64,000 bases of DNA, taken from the NCBI GenBank assembly GCA_023247705.1, contig JAHFFY010000001.1:97358-161357 (forward strand), written 5' to 3'. A program made the position numbers and the translations under genes. The first letter of the stretch is position 1, and each line of letters begins with the position of its first letter. Below are positions 50,773 through 58,661 of this stretch, piece after piece. Below the pieces are notes generated by a model. It made no database searches. It was not told where the DNA came from and saw only the letters and a program-made list of their open reading frames with translations. This DNA is from Candidatus Omnitrophota bacterium. GTDB taxonomy: Bacteria > Omnitrophota > Gorgyraeia > Zapsychrales > JAHFFX01.

Positions 50773-51780
50773 TTACACTTTTTTATCAAATAAAATTCTC
50801 GCTTTGACCCATTCGAGGGTTTCGTAGAAGTCACTGTCCTGCCATGAGAGAGCTCTAAGGATTCCCAAATAAATGGTAAAATTGGTTGGATTCAAAATTG
50901 CGGCGTCCCAGTATTTGAAGACCCGGGAGACTTCGATTAGGTCCGGAATTTCCGAGGCCTCTTCTTTGGATGATTCCGAATCCGTCTTTTTTTTCTCTTC
51001 TTTAGGGGGTGCTTTCTCTTCTTTCGTCGCAGGATTGACTTCTTTGATTTCAGGAATCACCCGGTTAATTGAATCAAGCATCGACAAAGCAATTTTCGTG
51101 GCAAAAATCTGCTTAGCGGAAGGCAATTCAAACACTTTCAGGACTGGCGTATAAAGTTGATCAATGATCAAAAGATATTGCTCTTCTTCATCAAAAAAGG
51201 TAAAAAATGGTTGTGGTTGGGGGGGGAATTCTCTTCCCAGGGTAACAATCTCTTTCGTCTCCAGGTTGATCAAGCTGATCTCGCGCCAGATTCCTTCTTT
51301 ATATATTTTTGCGATCAAATATTTTGCGCTGGGGGACCAGCTTCCAAAGGACGGGATCTGCTGATGGGTCCAAAGAACGGTCTCGCTTTCAGTTTGAACG
51401 TCATAGACGATAAGATTGAACATGGGGGGGGACATATTTTCAAAAAGATTTCCACCAATCAAACATACTTTATCGCTGTTGGGGCTCCAGGGCATTGTTT
51501 CATAGTTGGTAATAAATTCTCTGCGGCCGAAACTTTTTTTATAGGAATTCCCATCTGCCTGGATCGCTTCACAAGACAAGGTGTAATACGATGGTCCCCA
51601 CGAGAATTCATTACGATATTTAAACAACATGGTCGTCTTCTTATCCTTGGATTGGCATGACTTAAGGAATGTTTTCCGGAAGAAATCAAGTTTCTTCAGT
51701 TCCCGTTTCTCTTCCTCTTTATCAAATAGGAGTCGACTTGGTTCTGCGGCCGTTACGCCGTTCATAACATGAAATTCCAT
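50773..51780 (-). CDS. Hypothetical protein, TolB/PD40-like beta-propeller repeats with an acidic/lysine-rich low-complexity C-terminal segment; contains two C8 homopolymer tracts
   Basis: 335 aa. WSPSAKYL-type PD40-like repeats and a KEEKAPPKEEKKKTDSESSKEE segment. G8 runs at 51219-51226 and 51424-51431 (C8 on the coding strand) encode PP. Confidence 0.5.
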   Translation of the reverse strand: MEFHVMNGVTAAEPSRLLFDKEEEKRELKKLDFFRKTFLKSCQSKDKKTTMLFKYRNEFSWGPSYYTLSCEAIQADGNSYKKSFGRREFITNYETMPWSPNSDKVCLIGGNLFENMSPPMFNLIVYDVQTESETVLWTHQQIPSFGSWSPSAKYLIAKIYKEGIWREISLINLETKEIVTLGREFPPQPQPFFTFFDEEEQYLLIIDQLYTPVLKVFELPSAKQIFATKIALSMLDSINRVIPEIKEVNPATKEEKAPPKEEKKKTDSESSKEEASEIPDLIEVSRVFKYWDAAILNPTNFTIYLGILRALSWQDSDFYETLEWVKARILFDKKV

Positions 51781-52054
51781 ATTGAGTTTAGGTGTTGTTT
51801 TGTCCGTTTAAAGACAGTTAACAGGAAATAATTTTGATTTCGACGGTAATGACGGTTATCATAACAAATCGGGTGATTCGTTGCAAGGCTCAAATCCTCG
51901 GGATAACATCAAATTTTTCATAGCACGGAATTGTTAAAATAACGAATCAATATTACCATGATATCCAAAATTCGAAAGATAATTTACAAAAAATATCCAT
52001 AAAATCATAAAAATTGTATTAATATAGGAACAAAGTTGAAAAAAGGGTAAAAAT

Positions 52055-52996
52055 ATGATTTCCGCTCGTTCATTACGCATTGATTACGATAATGTCACGG
52101 CCGTTTATGATCTGGATCTTGAGATCCCCAAGGGACAGATTTTTGGACTTGTCGGTCCTAACGGTGCTGGAAAAACATCAACGATCAAGGCCTTAGCAGG
52201 TATTCTTGAACCAACTTACGGTGAAATCAAGATTGCGGGAATCGATATTGATTTGTCACCTCAAGAAGCGTTACGATCCCTTGGATACATGCCTGATTTC
52301 CCGCCTGTTTATGAAAATTTGAAAGTTGGGGAATATCTTGATGTCTTTGCCGCCGCTTATCTTATTCCACGTCAGGAAAGGTCCCAAAGGATTAAACATT
52401 GGTTAGAGCGTGTTGATCTGCTGGGAAAACAAAATGCGCTTATTCATACCCTCTCCCGCGGGATGAGGCAACGGCTGGTTTTGGCTAAAACCCTGCTTCA
52501 TCAACCGACCGTTCTTTTTTTAGATGAACCGGCGAGCGGTATGGATCCGATCGCTCGTAAAGAATTAAGAAATATCCTTACGGAAGTCAGTCAGCAAGGT
52601 ACAACCGTTTTGATCTCCAGTCATATTTTGACGGAACTCAGCGATTTTTGTACGTCGGTCGGTATTATGGAAAAGGGTCGGATGGTCGTTTCTGGAACGA
52701 TTGAAGAAATCCGTAAACGGGTCGGCAGCAAAGGCAAACTTGTGATCCGTCTGGTCAATCCTTATGAGCGGACCCGCGAAGCTTTGTTGCATGATTTAAA
52801 AAATGTTCCCTATTTACACGAACCGAATGAAGTTGCCCCGGGCCATTTTCATGCATATTTTTCCGGAGAAGATAATCTAGCGGCCAACCTATTAAAAGAA
52901 CTTATTGCTCAAGGGCATCCGATCGCTGACTTTCATCTCAGAGAAGAAAACGTCGAGGATATATTTTTTAAGATTGGAGCGAGAGAAGTTTCATGA
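52055..52996 (+). CDS. ABC transporter ATP-binding protein (ABC-2 type)
   Basis: 313 aa with Walker A GPNGAGKTST, signature LSRGMRQRL, and Walker B LFLDEP. It overlaps the permease by 4 nt. Confidence 0.9.
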   Translation: MISARSLRIDYDNVTAVYDLDLEIPKGQIFGLVGPNGAGKTSTIKALAGILEPTYGEIKIAGIDIDLSPQEALRSLGYMPDFPPVYENLKVGEYLDVFAAAYLIPRQERSQRIKHWLERVDLLGKQNALIHTLSRGMRQRLVLAKTLLHQPTVLFLDEPASGMDPIARKELRNILTEVSQQGTTVLISSHILTELSDFCTSVGIMEKGRMVVSGTIEEIRKRVGSKGKLVIRLVNPYERTREALLHDLKNVPYLHEPNEVAPGHFHAYFSGEDNLAANLLKELIAQGHPIADFHLREENVEDIFFKIGAREVS

Positions 52997-54555
52997 CATT
53001 ACTTCCCCTGTTAGACAATTCGCTATTTCTACGAAACTGGCGGGAGCGTATGAGGCCCACACTTATTCTCTCTTCAACGATCATAACCTCGATTGTGATT
53101 GTATTTTTCTTTCTCGCCGCATATATTCAGCATGATCTTTATAAATCAATCTCTCCACCGCTGATTATCTTTTGGTACATGATTTTGGGCCATGGTGTCC
53201 TGCTTTTGTTAATCGGAACGAGTATGGTCGGTCATATGTCCGTTCAGGAGAGGATCAGCGGCACGCTTGATTTTCACCGCGCCTCGCCTACAAGTCGCTG
53301 GAATCAAATCCTAGGAATTTTGGTCGGCGCTCCAGTTCTGGAGTGGTGTATCTTTTCGGTAACACTCCCGATTTCTTTAGTCCTCGCTTCGATAAGCGAA
53401 ATCGGGCTGATCAATGCAATCGTCTTTTACATTTCCTTAATACTTTGCGCAATCTTTTTTCATTTTTTCTCTTTGTTTGGTGCGTTGCATTCTGATCGGA
53501 AGATTGTTGCCACTCAAAACCGAACCGGGATACTGAAAATTTTTCTCTTTCTTTATTTCTTCCCATTGTTTTTCGTTTCGTTCCATTTTTCTTCGCTCTA
53601 CCACCTCACCTGTTTACCCCAATATATCCATGTGACGGGTCTTATTTTTAAAACACTTGGCTCTTCTCTGGATAAATTTTATACTTCACCGGCACTTCCC
53701 TTTCGTCTTTACAGCGTTCAATTGCCGTCTTTGTTATTCCAGGGCATCGTTGAAATCCCATTTATTATTTTTTTCAGTCTAGGGGTGATGCGTAAAATCT
53801 CCCGTCCGGAAAGACCAATATTCTCCAAAAAGCAATCACTGGTATTGATTGGACTCATCCTGTTTCTTTTCGTGGGAAGTGCGATTCCTTTATTCGAATA
53901 TGCCGAGAAGAAAATTTCTCCGGATGCTCATTTCTTGACAGTTTGTTTCGTTTATTTGACCACTTTTCTTGGTATCTTAGGAGCGACCTCCATTACTCCG
54001 AGCCAGTTACTTTATTTGAAAGGATTAAGAAAACTTAAAAAATTAGGCCAGAAAAAAATCCTTTGGCAAGACGATCATGCCACTAATTCCCCTTGGCTTT
54101 TTGGATTTGCCCTGATTGCGCTGCTTTTCCACTTTTTATTTACTGCATGGATGACACCCAACCTTCTGGACCGTTTTCTGGTATTCAGTTTAACGATCCT
54201 TTACGTCTTTTCGTTGGCTTGGGCGTTGGAATATTTTCGTTTGAGCCAGCATCACACCAAACGAAGCTTGTTTATCGTTTTGACCAGCATTGTCTGGTTT
54301 TTTATCCCACTGTTAGGGCTCATTATGCAGCCACTGTTTAAACAGTATCCGGATGTGATTTATTATTTCTTTGCTCCGTCTCCCCTTTTCGGACTAGGAA
54401 GTACGATCTCAATCATATTGTCCAAATCCTATTATCAAAATATTTTTGAACCGATGGTTCTGGTCGTCACTGTTCTCATTAATCTCATCATCGCTCTCAT
54501 TTGCCTTCTTTTCACCAAACGAGAGAGAAAATTTCTTCGCCAAAAGGTTTTTTAA
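52993..54555 (+). CDS. ABC-2 family permease (large, ~12 TM)
   Basis: 520 aa, highly hydrophobic. The SVQERISGTLDF segment resembles the ABC-2 permease conserved E-x-GTLE motif. Translationally coupled to the ATPase. Confidence 0.65.
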   Translation: MTLLPLLDNSLFLRNWRERMRPTLILSSTIITSIVIVFFFLAAYIQHDLYKSISPPLIIFWYMILGHGVLLLLIGTSMVGHMSVQERISGTLDFHRASPTSRWNQILGILVGAPVLEWCIFSVTLPISLVLASISEIGLINAIVFYISLILCAIFFHFFSLFGALHSDRKIVATQNRTGILKIFLFLYFFPLFFVSFHFSSLYHLTCLPQYIHVTGLIFKTLGSSLDKFYTSPALPFRLYSVQLPSLLFQGIVEIPFIIFFSLGVMRKISRPERPIFSKKQSLVLIGLILFLFVGSAIPLFEYAEKKISPDAHFLTVCFVYLTTFLGILGATSITPSQLLYLKGLRKLKKLGQKKILWQDDHATNSPWLFGFALIALLFHFLFTAWMTPNLLDRFLVFSLTILYVFSLAWALEYFRLSQHHTKRSLFIVLTSIVWFFIPLLGLIMQPLFKQYPDVIYYFFAPSPLFGLGSTISIILSKSYYQNIFEPMVLVVTVLINLIIALICLLFTKRERKFLRQKVF

Positions 54556-54611
54556 CCTTCCCCCAGCTTTTTAATAAAATTTAATCGAAAACGATAGCTA
54601 ACGGAACGGAT

Positions 54612-55049
54612 TTAGGAAGACGAACGTCCCTGCTTGTTAAGTTTATAGCCAAGAGGCCAGTAGACGCAGTTGACTTTGGCGTTTTCTGTTAATTTGAGTT
54701 CCCATTCATGCGAGAGACTGATGACGCCATGCCAAATTCCTTTTTTCAGGATCACCGGCTTGGTGAGCAAAAAACATTCAATTTTGGGATCATTTTTTTT
54801 CTGTGCGACAAACAGCAACCCGTTTCTGTGGATCGGTTCAAAGCTTTCAAACGAGTCCGGATGACTTTCCAGTCGATGTATGTGTTTGTCCCGTACGATC
54901 AAATACGCAATCCGCCATCCGATACATTTATTTTCCGTTACTACAATACGAAACAAATTTTTTTGATGTCCTTTCTTGTGTTTATTAGGATAATTAATGA
55001 TGTATCCGTACGGACGAAATATTTTGGGGGTTAAACGTTTAATTTTCAT
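54612..55049 (-). CDS. Ureidoglycolate lyase (AllA) family cupin protein
   Basis: 145 aa. The N-terminal [18 protein letters not shown] is comparable to AllA [27 protein letters not shown] resembles HELERHP, and IWHGV resembles VWHHP. Confidence 0.55.
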   Translation of the reverse strand: [145 protein letters not shown]

Positions 55050-55980
55050 CGTTTGATTGATAAATACCGAGTTCTACGACCAGTGGATAGTGTCCTAAAG
55101 ACAAATCAGGCCCTTGCTCATAATTTAAAACGCTAAAATTTTTGCTGACCAAACAATGATCAATGGGGACCGCCAGAATCGGCCATTGCGTGGGATATGT
55201 CGGGTGAATTCCGAATCCTAATGAACAATTGCGCAGATGCATTTTTTTTAAGAAGTCCTGAAACCAATGAGACCATGGGCCGGTATTAAAATTTCCGATC
55301 ACAATTGTGTTCTGTTCCTGCGGTAAATTTTCTTGAGCAATACGTGCAAACTCTTCATTCCTTTGCGCAAACGATATTTCATTGAACGGCGGGGTTAAAT
55401 GGATGAGAATAAAATTGAAAACTTTTTCGTTGAGCGTGAGTTGTGAGATGATCGTTGGATAAACGGATCTGCCGTAGTACTGAAATTGAAAATTTTTAAA
55501 TGGTATTCTGCTTAGAATTTCCATTCCCGATCCTTCTGCGCTAAAAATATGATTTTCATTCTGGTATTGTATAAGAATATTGTTTAACCCACTCACATCT
55601 TCCGCTGAGACACCATCCATTGCCAGGATATCAGGATTAACCTTGTAGATATAGTCCATGATCTTAGTGTAATTTTTGTCCGGGGCTTTTAAATTGAGCA
55701 AAAGGATCTTCACTTTTTCATGCATAAACATATTGCGGTATTCCAGATTAGGCTTATATAAATAATACGGCAATAACTGATTGGCATTAATCAGTAAGAA
55801 AAACAATGTGATCAAGATAAACCTTTTATTGCGGATCATAATAAAGAACAATAAAAAAAAGATATGCACAAAAAGATACTGGATTCGAAAATGACTAATC
55901 AGATCATACCACCATCCGTTTTGCGAGAAAAACCCTGCAATCGAGAGGCCCGCGGATATAAAAAATAGAATAATCAGCAT
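55039..55980 (-). CDS. Membrane-anchored endonuclease/exonuclease/phosphatase (EEP) family protein
   Basis: 313 aa with N-terminal TM helices followed by an EEP-fold domain (conserved Asp/His-containing blocks near the C-terminus, e.g. GFGIHPTYP...PIDHCLVS). Confidence 0.6.
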   Translation of the reverse strand: MLIILFFISAGLSIAGFFSQNGWWYDLISHFRIQYLFVHIFFLLFFIMIRNKRFILITLFFLLINANQLLPYYLYKPNLEYRNMFMHEKVKILLLNLKAPDKNYTKIMDYIYKVNPDILAMDGVSAEDVSGLNNILIQYQNENHIFSAEGSGMEILSRIPFKNFQFQYYGRSVYPTIISQLTLNEKVFNFILIHLTPPFNEISFAQRNEEFARIAQENLPQEQNTIVIGNFNTGPWSHWFQDFLKKMHLRNCSLGFGIHPTYPTQWPILAVPIDHCLVSKNFSVLNYEQGPDLSLGHYPLVVELGIYQSNDEN

Positions 55981-56039
55981 ATATCAATTGCTCTCTTTTT
56001 TTTTGAGGTGAGTGGTTATAGTCATCATACCGGATGGAC

Positions 56040-56399
56040 TCAAAATGTCCCATCTTTGAGCATCACCAGCGTACATGCATTCACGGGAAGGATATGATGA
56101 GCACGCGCTTTCTCAAAGAGTTGAGGATTTTCCGCCCCCGGATTAAAAATGATCCGGCGGGGAAATTTTTTAATAATGTCGTCTTGAATTTGGCTGGAAA
56201 TATCCGCGGACACATAAAGCGAAATGGTATCGATCGGTTCCGGGATTTCGGTGATGGAAGAATAAACGTTCATCTGATCGATTTTTTTGATCCGCTGATG
56301 CACAGGAAAAACCGTATGTCCTTTCTTTAGTAAAAAGACAACCGCTTGATAAGAGTATCGTTCAGGTTTATCGGATGCACCCAAAACTGCAACATTCAT
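56040..56399 (-). CDS. CoA-binding domain protein (YccU-like)
   Basis: 119 aa. MNVAVLGASDKPERYSYQAVVFLLKKGHTVFPV matches the small CoA-binding protein family. Confidence 0.7.
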   Translation of the reverse strand: MNVAVLGASDKPERYSYQAVVFLLKKGHTVFPVHQRIKKIDQMNVYSSITEIPEPIDTISLYVSADISSQIQDDIIKKFPRRIIFNPGAENPQLFEKARAHHILPVNACTLVMLKDGTF

Positions 56400-56441
56400 A
56401 TGGCATTGAGGTTTGAGCGGGTCAAATCGTTTGATCAGATT

Positions 56442-57014
56442 TTAAGAATGCCGCATGATCCAGGCTCTTTGTTCTGCAATTAACCTGCGGTCCTCCCAGC
56501 GAAAGAAAATCCGCTTTGCGGGATCTTTGTCATATTCCAGTTCAATATGCGGTTCAACTTGTATTGGTTTAAACAAGCGAAGCTCATAGTGCGATTCTTT
56601 GATGAGCGCATCCTTAAATGAGTCGGGATTATCTGGATAAAAAATCAGGGAGCACACTCGGTCGTTAAAAAAAATAAGCGATAACAACCCGGTGTGATTC
56701 AAATACACATAGCCAGCCACCTCCAGTGTATACAGCTCATATGGTGGCTTTTCGGTGCCATCGGATAGGGTTTGTGACACGCCTTTGAAATCACCGTATT
56801 CATATTTTAAGTCGGTTGAGACATTTTCCACAGATGTGTAACTGCGGAAGTTCTCCATCATGGGATAACCAAATTTAATTTTATTATAACTAGGTTCAAT
56901 AAATAAAGCATAGGCGATCCAAGAATCCGGATTTTCGATCGCATAGAAGATCATCGCCGGTACAAGCAAAAGCAAGGAAACGATAATCCACTGGACTTTA
57001 CTATTTTTTATCAT
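56442..57014 (-). CDS. Hypothetical membrane-anchored protein
   Basis: 190 aa with one N-terminal TM helix and a soluble domain of unknown function. Confidence 0.45.
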   Translation of the reverse strand: MIKNSKVQWIIVSLLLLVPAMIFYAIENPDSWIAYALFIEPSYNKIKFGYPMMENFRSYTSVENVSTDLKYEYGDFKGVSQTLSDGTEKPPYELYTLEVAGYVYLNHTGLLSLIFFNDRVCSLIFYPDNPDSFKDALIKESHYELRLFKPIQVEPHIELEYDKDPAKRIFFRWEDRRLIAEQRAWIMRHS

Positions 57015-57065
57015 GGGCGGCGGTATGTCGGCGATTAGACAGAACGGATATGCTGGATGAAGTTT

Positions 57066-57536
57066 TCATTTAAATGATTTAACCTTTAATAACATATTCA
57101 AGGCTTCTTTATCTTTGGGTTCTGATATAGAATTTAAAGGAAGATAAATAAATTGGATTTTGGAGTAAAAAAAAAGATAATACATTTTTTGTTTGATACA
57201 GCGCTTGATATAATCAAACTTTATTTTGATGCTGCTGCCATCCTTGAAATTGCTGGTGATGAAATCAGGATCCAACTCACATGTACGAGGAGCAAATAAA
57301 ATCGCATCGGACTTTTGGTTCGATTGGATCCAGGAGATGGAAATAAGATATATAAAGTAAACCGTGCAAAGGAGGATAAACAAAAGTAATGCGGAAAAAA
57401 ATCCCGCGTCAATTCCCAGGCTACAAAAAAGCAATAAAAAAATGAACACAAACCATCTCTGTCTCAATGTCAGACCAATCAGGATCATAAAATAATCGCT
57501 TTTAGCCAAATAAAATTCGTTCGTTTTGATTCGCAT
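57066..57536 (-). CDS. Hypothetical two-TM membrane protein (YcxB-like architecture)
   Basis: 156 aa with two hydrophobic helices followed by a small C-terminal domain. Weak family support. Confidence 0.4.
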   Translation of the reverse strand: MRIKTNEFYLAKSDYFMILIGLTLRQRWFVFIFLLLFCSLGIDAGFFSALLLFILLCTVYFIYLISISWIQSNQKSDAILFAPRTCELDPDFITSNFKDGSSIKIKFDYIKRCIKQKMYYLFFYSKIQFIYLPLNSISEPKDKEALNMLLKVKSFK

Positions 57537-57548
57537 GATTTATTTTTA

Positions 57549-58523
57549 TTATCCGGCTCGTAATTGTGATAGATGTTTAATACGTTTTAGCATATTCGGA
57601 TGAGTGCTAAATGCTTCCATCAGATAATCACTAAACGTCAGATTAATTTCACGGCTTTTAAGTAGCGCCATTTCAGAGGCGTCAATGGTGCCGCTTCGAT
57701 CCAAGTCCAGCTGGCTAAGTTCTCGAATTTCTAACTTTGCCCTTGAAGGATCATTGGCAAAAAAAGCCTTGCATCCTTCGACTTCTCTTAATGAGTTTCG
57801 ATCCAGTTTTGCCGAGCCGTACACGAGTTTATACAAAGCAGACGCCAGGGCTGATGGATTGTTACCGATATCCACTGAACCTTTATCCGCGTAATATTCT
57901 CGAATACGAGAGGCATAAAGAACCAAGAGATTGGTGATAAAATAAAAAATAAAAGCAATCGCCCCGATCAAAAATGTGTTATTGCCTCGCTCTTCTCTTC
58001 GATTGTAACCATCATTTCCATAAAACATAAAATGCCAGGCCAAACGATACAATAACATCGGAAGAACAGAAAGCAATGTAATGGTGACCACATCGCGATT
58101 TTTAATATGCGTTAATTCATGTCCTAACACGGCTTGTAACTCTTCCGAGCTTAACAAGTTCAAAATTCCCTGACTTACACAAACTCTTCCATCTCCCATG
58201 GAACGTCCAAAGGCAAAGGCGTTTGGAATAGCTACGTCTGCAATTGCGATTTTAGGCATAGGGATTTGGGCCTTTCGGGCAAGATCTTCGACCATATCAA
58301 ACAATTGAGGCGCGTCCTTGCTTTGAATATATCTCACACGCATGGTCCATTCAATCATCTTGGGCCCCAGCATATATTGAATAAACATGAAGAATAAGGA
58401 AATAAAAAGGAAGAAATAAAAATTATCCAGCCCCATCGCTGTCCCCAAAACGACAACAACCGCATAGATAATTCCAAAAAAGACAGTCACTAACAGCGTC
58501 ATTCTTACTTGAAGCGGAACCAT
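57549..58523 (-). CDS. htpX: M48-family zinc metalloprotease HtpX homologue with an EF-hand-like loop insertion
   Basis: 324 aa with a HELTHIKNRD HEXXH motif, an HtpX-like TM topology and a C-terminal FSTHP...KRI block. The DLDRSGTIDASE insertion at 57672-57707 has canonical EF-hand ligand spacing. Confidence 0.85.
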   Translation of the reverse strand: MVPLQVRMTLLVTVFFGIIYAVVVVLGTAMGLDNFYFFLFISLFFMFIQYMLGPKMIEWTMRVRYIQSKDAPQLFDMVEDLARKAQIPMPKIAIADVAIPNAFAFGRSMGDGRVCVSQGILNLLSSEELQAVLGHELTHIKNRDVVTITLLSVLPMLLYRLAWHFMFYGNDGYNRREERGNNTFLIGAIAFIFYFITNLLVLYASRIREYYADKGSVDIGNNPSALASALYKLVYGSAKLDRNSLREVEGCKAFFANDPSRAKLEIRELSQLDLDRSGTIDASEMALLKSREINLTFSDYLMEAFSTHPNMLKRIKHLSQLRAG

Positions 58524-58661
58524 TATTCGGTCATCTCCATTGTTTATAAATTTTCATTCCACCGCTTATATGCATGGTGGCTGCAACTATTATATCAAAA
58601 TTTCTTGAAATTTTTAGTTTGGTTTACAGATTTATTACCTCGATAGAAAAGTGATCGGAAG

